64,000 nucleotides of DNA from an uncultured Gemmatimonadaceae bacterium (GTDB lineage: Bacteria > Gemmatimonadota > Gemmatimonadetes > Gemmatimonadales > Gemmatimonadaceae): NCBI GenBank assembly GCA_963822945.1, contig CAWGJO010000020.1, forward strand, positions 256,001 to 320,000, given 5' to 3'. Both the position numbers and the translations under genes were made by a program. How positions within the stretch are numbered: the stretch's first letter is position 1; each line of letters begins with the position of its first letter. Under the pieces are notes generated by a model. That model did no database searches. It was not told the DNA's origin and saw only the letters and a program-made list of their open reading frames with translations. Below, in pieces: positions 31,116 through 42,912 of this stretch.

Positions 31116-31540
31116 ATGACCGCGCAGACGCGGTGGCGCCGGCGGCTGGCGCAAGCGCTCACCGACCGGCTGGGCCTCAAGGTCGTGGCGCTCGCCTTCG
31201 CGCTCGTGCTCTGGTTCATCGCCACGTCCAAGGAGCCGACCGAGGAGATCGTGCCGGTGCGCCTGGCGCTCACGCTGGACAGCGGCGAGGTGCTGCGCGA
31301 TCCGCCTCCCGAGGTGCGGGCCCTGGTGGCCGGCGAGGGGAAGGAGATCTTCGCGCTGTATGCCTCGCCGCCGGTGATCCGCCGCGACGTTCCGGGCGGC
31401 GCCGACTCGACCACCCTCACGTTGCGCGCCGGGGACGTGCAGATCCCGCCGAACGTCACGGTGCTCGTGCGCGACGTGCAGCCCCGCACGGTGCTCCTGC
31501 ATCTGGCCCCGCAACGCCTACCCGCCGACTCCACCCGCCG

Positions 31541-31544
<4 letters not shown>
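31116..31544 (+). CDS. Membrane protein with YbbR/CdaR-like domain
   Basis: LGLKVVALAFALVLWF TM typical of CdaR N-termini, followed by one beta-rich domain ending VQPRTV. Confidence 0.6.
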
Positions 31545-32577
<1,033 letters not shown>

Positions 32578-32581
<4 letters not shown>

Positions 32582-33423
32582 TCGCACCGATCGTCCATCA
32601 TCCGTTCGTCGTCCAGCTCGGCCCGCTCTCGCTCACCGGATTCGGCATCGCGGTGGTCGCGGCGTTCGGCATCGCCCAGTATCTGTCGGAATCCGAACTG
32701 CGCCGCCGCGGGCACGACACGAGCGCCATCGCCGACATGATTCTCGCCGCCGTCATCGGCGGGCTGCTCGGCGCCAAACTCTACTACGTGGTCATCCTCA
32801 AGAACTACGACGCGCTGTTCACGCGCGGCGGGTTCGTGTTCTGGGGCGGCCTCATCGGCGGCATTCTCGCCGTGATGGCGGTGATCCGGTGGAAGAAGAT
32901 TCCGATGATGCGGATCTTCGACGTCGGCGGTCCCGCGGTGGCGGCTGCCTACGCCGTCGGACGCACCGGCTGCTGGGCGGTGGGCGACGACTATGGACGC
33001 CCGTTCAGCGGCTTCGGCGCCGTGATGTTCCCCAACGGCCAGCCGCCCAGCACGGTGGCCAGCATGATGGCGGAGTTCCACACCAAGTTCCCGCCGGGAA
33101 CCAATCCTTCCACCGTCGTCTCGGTGTATCCCACGGAGCTGTACGAGATCGTCCTCGCCACGATCATGTTCCTGATTCTCTGGCGGCTCCGCGACCACAA
33201 GCACGCCGAGGGATGGCTGTTCGGCGTGTACTGCGTGCTGGCGGGATTCGAACGGTTCATCATCGAGTTCTTCCGCGCCAAGGACGACCGCCTACTCGGC
33301 GGTCTCACGTACGCCCAGGCCATCGCGCTGGCGTTCGTGGCCATGGGATTCCTCTGGATGTATCTGCGGAAGGACGTGACGAAGAACAAACCGGGGATCT
33401 ACGAGACGGCAGTCGCCGGCTAG
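32578..33423 (+). CDS. lgt: Prolipoprotein diacylglyceryl transferase
   Basis: GGLLGAKLYY, GGFVFWGG, GRTGC, YPTELYE, RFIIEFFR. Confidence 0.92.
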
Positions 33424-33427
33424 GAAT

Positions 33428-33489
33428 CGGCAGTTGGCAGTCGGCAGTTCACTGCTGACTGCTCACTGCTCACTGCTGACTGCTCACTG
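33428..33489. repeat. Inverted heptamer arrays (YGGCAGT)x3 then (SACTGCT)x5-6 between convergent genes
   Basis: cggcagttggcagtcggcagtt followed by cactgctgactgctcactgctcactgctgactgctcactg. Confidence 0.9.
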
Positions 33490-33515
33490 GCGCCGGCTCC
33501 GTCCGGCGCCACGGT

Positions 33516-35711
33516 TCAGCTGTCTTCCCCGCGCCCCGTTACGGGGCGACCCAGCGCCTCCTCCACCGCGTCCAGTCGCGCGCGCAGCGCGGCGTGCTCG
33601 GCCTGCAGCCCGGCCAGCGTCTCCGACACTGCGGCGGCCGCGGCCGGTTCGGGCAGCGTGGGCAGCGTCACCGAGCGCTTGGGCCAGAAGGTCTTCACCA
33701 GCGCGAAGCAGAAGAGCAGCAACAACAACAGCTGAGCGAGCACCGTCTCCCATGTCGGGTACAACCCCAGCGCCTCTACGTGCGGGAAGCCCGGGATCAC
33801 GCTCATCCCGATTGCGTTGCCTTCCTGCAGCTCGCGGATCCCCTTGCCCATGAACACGAACGCCATGTAGTAGAGCAGCACGCTGGTGACGCTGAAGAAC
33901 GGCCGTAGCGGAATGCGCACCCCGTAGCGGTAGAACAGCGTGAAGATCACCGCCAGCGCCACGAAGCCGAGCACGATGCCGAGCGAGAGCGGCACGGCGA
34001 GATGCGCGCCCTCGCTGAACAGCGCCTGGTAGAACAGCGCCGTCTCCGCGCCCTCGCGGTACACGGCAAGGAAGGCCACGAACGCCAGCGCCCGCCCCCC
34101 GCCGTGCTGCAGCGCGTCGGTCACCTTCTCGCGAATGAACTGCTGCCACTTGGCCGCCTCGACGCGCGAGATCAGCCAGTAGCTGACCGAGAACAGCACG
34201 GCCACCGCGATCAGCAGCGTCACGCCCTCGATGATCTCGCTGCTCGCCGGCACCGCGCTGAGAATCGTTCGCAGAGCGACCGCGGTCACGGCGCTCGCGC
34301 CCAGACCGAGCCCGACGCCGATCCAGATGGAGCGCAGCCGCTCCCGATGACCGGTCTTGAGCAGGAACGCCACCACCGCGCCGATCACGAGGATCGCTTC
34401 GAACCCCTCGCGCAGGATGATCAGGAACGACTGCCAGAACGCCTCGGCGGCGCTGCCCGCCGGGTGCGTCAACTCGACGACGGCCGGGAGATTGGCCTCG
34501 ATCACGTCACGGGCATGTTCGGCGCCCCGAACGTCGTTCACCCGAACGGCGGCTTTGAAGTCGCCGAACAACTTCTCCATGCGCGCCACGAGCCCGGGGT
34601 TCTTCGCCCGCGCCGGTCCCTCCAGCGGCTCGAACGCGAGGTAGGCGTCGAACGCCTTGTCGCCCGCCTCGGAGGCGCGCCCCAGCTGCACCGACGCCAA
34701 CGCCTGCTCGAGCAACGCCGTCACGTTCCGCGAAGCCCCTACCGCGCCGCTGTCGGACGACGCCGCGACGGCCACCGGAGCCCCGTTCCGCGCCGGCAGC
34801 GTTCGGAGGTACGACACGATGCTCCGCACCTGGTGGTCGGTCAGGTCGCGTGCGCCCGGCATCGCGGCTCCCGGCACGCCGGCACGGATCATATGGGCCA
34901 GACTGTCATCGGTGCGGCCGACCTGCCAGGTGAAGGTGCCGATCTCGGGTGGCAGCTTGGACAGGTTGTGGGCATACTCCCCGTCCCCCGCCCCGGTCAC
35001 CCCGTGGCACTGCGCGCACTGCTGCACGTACAATCCCTCGCCCTCGGCCACCTGCGCCATCGGCGAACGCAGCGTGATCACGTACGACACCACGTTCCAG
35101 CGCTGCTGGGGCGTGAGCGCTCCCGCGAATCCCACCATCGGCGTGCCCGAGACGCCAACCGATGCGATGCGATACATGATGGCCGGCGTCACGCTGGCCA
35201 CGAGCTTCGGATCGCCGATCGGCGCCGGTTTCGGATTGAGCAGCGCCGCCTGTGGGCCGTCACCATGGCCGGTCGGTCCGTGGCACTGGGCGCAGGTCGC
35301 ATCGTACAGCCGCTTGCCCGCCGCCAGGTCGATGGGCGCCGTGGGCAGTTCCAGCGCCCCCTCGCTCCCCAGCGCCTGGGCGAACCGCCCTTCGAGCGCC
35401 GCCAGCACTTTGGGCGGTTGGTGCGCCGAGGCCGCCACGATGATCGAATCGAGAAGCACGCGCGCCGACGCCGCACGCTCACCGGTCAGCCGGTCTGCGA
35501 TTCCCTTGGCATCGTTCAGGAAGCCGACGGCCTCCTGGTACTCGGATGCGGCGGTCAACCGGCCCTGGCCGTCCACCCCTTTGCCGTACTCCTCCACGGC
35601 AACGCTCACGATGTTGGCCATTCGTCGCGCCGGATGTTCCTGCGCCGCCAACCGCGTCGCCGCCAGCCCGAGCGCCCCCAGGGCGATGCAGCCGATCCGT
35701 CCGATTCTCAT
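33516..35711 (-). CDS. Cytochrome c / FTR1 family iron permease fusion (two haem-binding motifs)
   Basis: Signal peptide; two CAQCH motifs; FTR1 motifs ILREGFEA and YREGAET; multiple C-terminal TM helices. Confidence 0.92.
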   Translation of the reverse strand: MRIGRIGCIALGALGLAATRLAAQEHPARRMANIVSVAVEEYGKGVDGQGRLTAASEYQEAVGFLNDAKGIADRLTGERAASARVLLDSIIVAASAHQPPKVLAALEGRFAQALGSEGALELPTAPIDLAAGKRLYDATCAQCHGPTGHGDGPQAALLNPKPAPIGDPKLVASVTPAIMYRIASVGVSGTPMVGFAGALTPQQRWNVVSYVITLRSPMAQVAEGEGLYVQQCAQCHGVTGAGDGEYAHNLSKLPPEIGTFTWQVGRTDDSLAHMIRAGVPGAAMPGARDLTDHQVRSIVSYLRTLPARNGAPVAVAASSDSGAVGASRNVTALLEQALASVQLGRASEAGDKAFDAYLAFEPLEGPARAKNPGLVARMEKLFGDFKAAVRVNDVRGAEHARDVIEANLPAVVELTHPAGSAAEAFWQSFLIILREGFEAILVIGAVVAFLLKTGHRERLRSIWIGVGLGLGASAVTAVALRTILSAVPASSEIIEGVTLLIAVAVLFSVSYWLISRVEAAKWQQFIREKVTDALQHGGGRALAFVAFLAVYREGAETALFYQALFSEGAHLAVPLSLGIVLGFVALAVIFTLFYRYGVRIPLRPFFSVTSVLLYYMAFVFMGKGIRELQEGNAIGMSVIPGFPHVEALGLYPTWETVLAQLLLLLLFCFALVKTFWPKRSVTLPTLPEPAAAAAVSETLAGLQAEHAALRARLDAVEEALGRPVTGRGEDS

Positions 35712-35777
35712 TGCCGAGAAAATGTATCGGGATTGCCCCGTAAGTTCTAGCCTGGCCAATGGGTTGGCGGCCACTCG

Positions 35778-36503
35778 CTACCCCGCGTCGGGCGGCTCCG
35801 CCAGCAGGGTCGGCTGGAGCGCCGCCCAGCAATGATCGGCGGCGGCGAACAAGCCATGCAGGGCCCGGCTCCAGCGGCGCCAACTGCCCACTCGCTCGTC
35901 GGCCGAGGGACTGGCGGCGACCGCGGCCGCCCGCCTGACGTTCATGATCGCCGCCCGAAGCGGTTCGGCGACTTCCTCCGCCTGAGCGGCGAAGGCGCGC
36001 CGGGCCGCCGGACGCGCATCGGCGTGACGCTCGGTGAGCTGGGCCAGATAGGCGTCGAGCGCGCGGTTCAGGCGATCGGGATCGAAGGCCCGGACGATGC
36101 CCGTGCGCCCAACCGACTCCTCGGCGCGACGCCTCGCCTCGAGGAGCGGGGCAAAGAACTCACGCTGCGCGTTGCCGCCGGCGCGTATGCGGGACGAGCC
36201 GAGCGACCGCAGGGCCCGCGTGAGTTCTGGAATCGTGCAGCACGCGGCCATCAGCGCAGCATCGAGCTGCTCGGGGCGCTGGCATTCGAGAACCAGGGGT
36301 GAGGCGCGCCGGAGCGTAATCTCGATCCGGGGCCCGCGCTGCACCACCTCCTCGATGTCGTCCACGTGCACGTCGTGGATCGGCTTCTGATCGGCGCCTT
36401 CGATGAGCAGATGGCCGGCGGTGAGGCGCACGAACACGGAGGCGTTTCCGTCGCCCGCCAGGCGCGCTTCGAATTCCCCGACTCCCGCAGATCGGTCGGT
36501 CAT
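35778..36503 (-). CDS. Hypothetical protein, 241 aa
   Basis: Fills gap in minus-strand run; beta-rich N-terminus and helical C-terminus; no recognised motif. Confidence 0.6.
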   Translation of the reverse strand: MTDRSAGVGEFEARLAGDGNASVFVRLTAGHLLIEGADQKPIHDVHVDDIEEVVQRGPRIEITLRRASPLVLECQRPEQLDAALMAACCTIPELTRALRSLGSSRIRAGGNAQREFFAPLLEARRRAEESVGRTGIVRAFDPDRLNRALDAYLAQLTERHADARPAARRAFAAQAEEVAEPLRAAIMNVRRAAAVAASPSADERVGSWRRWSRALHGLFAAADHCWAALQPTLLAEPPDAG

Positions 36504-36528
36504 CGGCGTGGGGACCGGCGCGCAACGC

Positions 36529-37221
36529 TCATGCGGCGACGATGGCGGCGACGACCGCCGACGTCTCGCGGAAGTCGGCGAACACGGCCGCGGGCTCGTA
36601 TCCGCTGAGCTGCTTCATCGAATAGCGACCAGTGGCGACGCCCACGGCCCGGGCGCGGACGCTGCGCCCGCAGGTGAGGTCGGCCGGCGTATCGCCGATC
36701 ACGACCATGGCGTCGCCCGGAAAATCGCCCCCGAGCAACGAACTGGCGCGTCCGCGGGCGATGGCCGGCAGTTCGGCGCGTACTGCGTGGTCGGAGCCGA
36801 ACGCCCCGACGCGGAACCGATCCGGCATGATGCCCACGGCACCGAGCTTGGCATGGGCTCCCGGCTGGACGTTGCCCGTGAGCAGGCCGAGGATGACGTC
36901 GTCGCGGCGCTCGAGCGCGTCGAGCAGGTCGTGGACGCCGGGGCAGACGGTGGCGGCGTGGCCCGGCGCCGCGAGTTCCTCGCGCAACAACTCGACGTAG
37001 CGCGCGAACACGTCGTCCAATCGGGCATCGACGGTCGCCGTGTCGACACCGGCCAGTTCCATCAACTCGTGCACGATCTGGGGATCGGTCTTGCCGTCGA
37101 ACCAGTGTTCGCCGGGGCCCGCGGTGCCGAACGCTTCGATGAGCGCGCGCTGGATAGCACGGCGGCCGGCGCCGTCGCTGTTGAGGAGTGTTCCGTCGAT
37201 GTCGAAGAGAACGAGCTTCAT
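36529..37221 (-). CDS. HAD family hydrolase
   Basis: LVLFDIDGTL, GKTD, LLTGN, VIGDTPAD. Confidence 0.92.
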   Translation of the reverse strand: MKLVLFDIDGTLLNSDGAGRRAIQRALIEAFGTAGPGEHWFDGKTDPQIVHELMELAGVDTATVDARLDDVFARYVELLREELAAPGHAATVCPGVHDLLDALERRDDVILGLLTGNVQPGAHAKLGAVGIMPDRFRVGAFGSDHAVRAELPAIARGRASSLLGGDFPGDAMVVIGDTPADLTCGRSVRARAVGVATGRYSMKQLSGYEPAAVFADFRETSAVVAAIVAA

Positions 37222-38141
37222 GCGCGTGTGAGAAGGAGTCCCGACATGATGCACACCGCGCCCACGCCCTGCCATGGGGTCGGCGTTTCGGCGAGCATCG
37301 CCCACGCCACGATGAGCGCGAACAGGGGCTGGAGGTTGGAATACATGGCGGTGCGCGTCGGGCCGATCACGCGCATGCCGCGATACCAGAACAGGTAGGC
37401 GATCACGAGCGCGCCGAGCCCGCTGTAGAGAATGGCGCCCCAGGCCGTGAACGAGAGGGCGGTCCACGGGGTGTGCACGAAGTCGGGCAGCGCCACCAGT
37501 CCGAGAGCGACCGTGCCGCCGAGCATCGTGTAGGTGGACAGCGTGATACCCTCCACCCGATGCGTGTACGGCATCAGCAGCACGGTGTACAACGCCCAGG
37601 CCACCGAGCCGGCGAGCACCAGCAGGTCGCCGGCAACCGACGCACCCTTCACCACCACGCGCGTGCCGCTGTACACCACGAAGCCGATGCCGATGATCGA
37701 GAGCGCGATGCCGACCGCCCCTCGCAGGCCCACGCGTTCCACGCCGAGCATGCGGCCGATGAGCGCGATCAGGGCCGGCGAGGCGGCGACGACCAGCGCG
37801 GCATCGCCGGCGCGCGTGAGCGCCACCCCTTCGATGAACAGGAATTGGTACACGCCGTTGCCGAGAACGCCGAGCAGCAGGAGCGCGATCAGGTCGCGGC
37901 GGGCAATGCGCAGCCGCCCCAGCGCGAACGCCAATATCACGAGGGCGATCGACGCTACCATCAGGCGCGCGCCGTTGAACGCCAGCGCCGCCAACTGCCC
38001 CGTACCGTACTTCACGACGCTGAAGTTGACACCCCAGATGAGCGCCATGGTCACCAACGACACGTCGGTGATCCAGACGGTCGTTCGGGAGTATCCGAAC
38101 GCGGCTCCGGTGGGGGCCGGCTCGCCGGCGGGTTGCGACAT
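37218..38141 (-). CDS. EamA/DMT family transporter
   Basis: IWGVNFSVVK, about 10 TM helices, two EamA repeats, YSNLQPLFA. Confidence 0.92.
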   Translation of the reverse strand: MSQPAGEPAPTGAAFGYSRTTVWITDVSLVTMALIWGVNFSVVKYGTGQLAALAFNGARLMVASIALVILAFALGRLRIARRDLIALLLLGVLGNGVYQFLFIEGVALTRAGDAALVVAASPALIALIGRMLGVERVGLRGAVGIALSIIGIGFVVYSGTRVVVKGASVAGDLLVLAGSVAWALYTVLLMPYTHRVEGITLSTYTMLGGTVALGLVALPDFVHTPWTALSFTAWGAILYSGLGALVIAYLFWYRGMRVIGPTRTAMYSNLQPLFALIVAWAMLAETPTPWQGVGAVCIMSGLLLTRA

Positions 38142-38186
38142 TCACGAAACGTAGACGACGACCAACCGCCAGTCTATGTTTCCCCC

Positions 38187-38613
38187 ATGCATGTAGCCTT
38201 CGCGCTCTTCGCCGACGCCGCCAACGTGTCGCAGGAAGGAAAGCTGAACATCCTCGGCGTGTTCGACGCCCTGCAGGTGGGCAACACGCCGGCCGTACAC
38301 CCTCGCGCCCATCTGGTGGTGCACCTGAAGGGAACGTCGATGGACACCGGGCAGCATACCGTGACCCTGCGGTGGATCAACCCCACCGGCAGCGAGTTGT
38401 GGAGCAGCGCCGGCGATCTGAACGTCGGCCCCCTGCCCGTCGGGAGCCAGCGAGATGGACGTGCCGCTGATCGCCCAGATCGACCTGCCGATCGAGGGCG
38501 CGGGCCCGTACTTCATGAGCATCGCGCTGGACGACGAGCAGCGGGCCTCGGTGCCGGTGCAGGTGCGCGTGGGCAACGCGCCGATGGTCGCGCCGTCCGG
38601 ACTGGTCAGTTAG
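38187..38613 (+). CDS. Small beta-sandwich protein, DUF6941-like (frameshift near 38447)
   Basis: ALFADAANVSQEGKLNILGVFD; alternative frame continues EMDVPLIAQIDLPIEGAGPYFMSIALD...LVS*. Confidence 0.65.
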
Positions 38614-39392
38614 TCTCGGGGAGCACCTGGCGCGCGAACCGGAAGCGGTCGCGCAACTTGTGAACGTAGCTGTCGTGTCCGGCCGAGAGCCGCTCGATGG
38701 AGAAGCCCCCCCGCCCGATCGCCACGTGGGCCATCCGTCCGCCCCCGATCCCGAGTCCGACGTGCGTGATCTGCCGGTCTTCGCGATCGGAGAAGAAGGC
38801 CAGTTCTCCGGACTGCAACGCGGAGAGCGCCGGAGTTCCGGGCACACCGGCTTCCCCCTGCTGCCACGCATCGCGTGGTAACGACACGCCGTGTAGCCAG
38901 AACAGGGTCTGCACGAAGCCCGAGCAGTCGGCGCCCCACGGTGTGATGCCGCCCCACTGGTAGCTGGCGCCGTCGAAGAATTCCTCCGCCGAACGCGCGA
39001 TGGCGGCCGCTGTCTGCGGGAAGCGCGCCGCCGCTTCGGCCTCGGTTACCGCGTCGCCCGACTCGAGGGTTTCCTCGGGCGCCAGGTAGGCACCCAGCGG
39101 CAGCGAGCGGCGGCCTCCCCCCGGTACGCGCGTCCGGCACCCGAGCGAGATGTGGGCGCGCCTCGCGACTCCGCCTCGCCGAGCCGCCGGGCACACGGGC
39201 GAGATAGCCGGCGTGCACCCATCCTTCGTAGCCATCGGCACCGCGGACGCGATACCAATCGTTCCTCGTCTCGATCACGTCGACCACGTGGCCGGCCAGC
39301 CGCTGCGACAGCTGGACGCCGCTTGCCCGCGGCTCGGCGAGCAGCGGCGCCACGGACGCGCGCACCACGGCGCGTGCGGGACCGGCGTTCAC
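38606..39392 (-). CDS. SH3 + NlpC/P60 (C40) cell-wall peptidase (frameshift near 39160)
   Basis: DWYRVRGADGYEGWV SH3b; YQWGGITPWGADCSGFVQ, LPRDAWQQ, ITHVGL. Confidence 0.88.
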
Positions 39393-40358
39393 GGGGCGTC
39401 GGCCAGCCCGGGAAATCCCGGGCGCCCACGGGCGAGGCGCACGCCGCGCTCGATCGCCTCCTCGAGCGCCGCCACGGCCAGTGCTTCCACGTGCAGCGCT
39501 CGGCGCCCGTACCCTGCATGGCGCCCAGCGCGAACACGATGTCGCCGTCGAAGGAAGAACCGGCCGGCGTGATGCGATGGAAGAGCGCGGCCCCGGACGC
39601 CCGCGCCAACTGCGAGAGCTGGATGCGATCGAGCGCCGCGTTGGTGGCGACGACGGCGAGCGTCGTGTTCCGGAGCCGCTGCTCGGCGGCCATCGCCGCC
39701 AGCCGGTGCGGCTCTTCCTGGAGCATGTGGGTGGCGTCGAGGAAGCGGCCCTCCGCGCCGCGTGCGCCGGCCACGATGCGCCCCTGGCCGTCGCGCACAT
39801 CGCCGAACGCATTGACCACCGCCACGGCCGCGACCCACACACCGGCCGACCCGCGTTCCGCGCAGCCCACGCCGCCCTTCATCGCGCGGCCGATGCCCGC
39901 GGCCTTGCCCACCGTCGCGCCGGTGCCGGCGCCCACACTGCCCTCGGAGACGGCCGTCGGAGAGGCGGTGTCGGTGGCCGCGTACGCCATGGCGGGCGTC
40001 GGCCGGCCGTCGAAGCGGCCCAGTGGTCCGAGGTCGAAGATGACCGCGGCCGGTACGATCGGCACCACGCCGCTGCCGATCGGGAACCCGCGGCCGCGCT
40101 CCTCCATCCAGCGCATCACGCCGGCCGCGGCGTCGAGTCCGTAGGCCGACCCCCCGGTGAGCAGTACCGCGTCCACGCGGTCGGCCAGAGCGTCGGTGCC
40201 CACGGCGTGCAGCTCCGCGAGCCGGTCGCCCGGCCGAACACCGCCACCCCGCCGCGCAGGGGGCCGTCGATGCCGCGCACGACCGTACAGCCGGTGGCGC
40301 CCTCCGGATCGGTCGCGTGCCCCACCGCGACTCCGACCCGGGAGAAGTCGACGCTCAC
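39389..40358 (-). CDS. P1/S58 (DmpA-like) peptidase (frameshifts near 40210 and 39490)
   Basis: VGHATD..GATGCTVV, LTGGSAYGLDAA, PIVPAAVIFDL, EGSVGAGTGA, NTTLAVVATNA, FDGDIVFA. Confidence 0.88.
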
Positions 40359-40359
40359 C

Positions 40360-40547
40360 TCACGACGCGGCGGACGGGTGCCCCGCGTCGTGCTTGGCCT
40401 GGCAGTCGCGGCAGCGCGTAACGCCGCGCAGGTTGCAGACCACGCAGATGAACGTGCCGCAGTCGACGCAGGGGTAGCCTTCGGATGCGCGCTCCTCGTT
40501 GCCGCAGGAACGGCAGGTCATGGCATCGTGCTCATGCAGCTCGTTGG

Positions 40548-40551
<4 letters not shown>
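40360..40551 (-). CDS. Small Cys-rich protein, 63 aa, four CxxC pairs (putative double zinc finger)
   Basis: CRSC, CVDC, CVVC, CRDC; GGAGGAG SD; ATG overlaps upstream TGA. Confidence 0.75.
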
Positions 40552-41922
<1,371 letters not shown>

Positions 41923-42015
41923 GACGGCAGTGGGGTATCGGTCGCAAGCGAACGGAATCTCGACAGCGCAGGCGTACAGAGAATGGACACTCGGACCGCC
42001 GGGAGCAACCCTCGA

Positions 42016-42912
42016 TCATTCCGCTCCCGGAACGAGCAACCGGCCGGCCCCGGACAGCGTCCGGGCATCCAGCGCGCCGGGCGGCAGCAGTTCCCCGTCC
42101 GCTTCGGCCCGCCGCGGCGGGTCGGCGCACACCTGAATGTGCCGGCCGCGATAGAAGCGCGTAAGCTCGTCGTCGGGAAAACGCCCGCGCAGCATCCGCC
42201 AGGCCACGCGAAGCGCCTGGGCCAGATTCCGCGGCGCATACACCGCCACGTCCAGCGCCCCGTCGTCGGGACGGCCGCCGGGCACCAGCGTGATACGTCC
42301 GCTGAGCACCGAGCCGACGTTGGCCACCAGCAGCGAGAGCGCCTCCGCTTCGTGCTCGATGCCGTCCACCGTGAACCGGACGCGGAAGGTGGCGCCGCGG
42401 GTGGCAGCGCCGATCGCCGCGCTCGCCCCGGCCAGCACGTACGCGCCCACGCCCAGCCGGCGTTTGAGCCAGGTTGGCGTGCGCTCGAGCATCGCGACGT
42501 CGATGCCCAACCCCGCCGCGACGGCGAAGTGCCCACCGAGCCCGAGCAGCGCGAGATCGATCTCCCGCACGCGGCCGGCGCACAGCGCGCCGACGGCGCG
42601 CACCGGATTCAACGGAATGCCCATGGCCCGCACCAGCAGATTGCCGGTGCCGCCGGCCAGCGCGCCGAGCGGGGTGCCGACGTCCACGAGCCCACCCAAC
42701 GCTTCCATGATCGTTCCGTCCCCGCCCAGGGTGAACACGGCGTCGAACTGCGCGCCCAGCTCGCGCGCCATCGTGGCCGCATCACCCGGGGCCTGCGTGA
42801 GGCGGGTATCGGCATCGACGCCGCACGCCGCGAGGGCCTCTTCCACGCGTCGCAGATCGCGAGCCCCGCGCCGCGACGCCGGGTTCACGATCAGCAGGGC
42901 CCGCCGGATCAC
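42016..42912 (-). CDS. Diacylglycerol kinase family lipid kinase
   Basis: IVNPAS, GGDGT, GGTGNLL, GLGIDV, DDGALDV, ADGEL; GTG overlaps the corrected TamB stop. Confidence 0.9.
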   Translation of the reverse strand: MIRRALLIVNPASRRGARDLRRVEEALAACGVDADTRLTQAPGDAATMARELGAQFDAVFTLGGDGTIMEALGGLVDVGTPLGALAGGTGNLLVRAMGIPLNPVRAVGALCAGRVREIDLALLGLGGHFAVAAGLGIDVAMLERTPTWLKRRLGVGAYVLAGASAAIGAATRGATFRVRFTVDGIEHEAEALSLLVANVGSVLSGRITLVPGGRPDDGALDVAVYAPRNLAQALRVAWRMLRGRFPDDELTRFYRGRHIQVCADPPRRAEADGELLPPGALDARTLSGAGRLLVPGAE

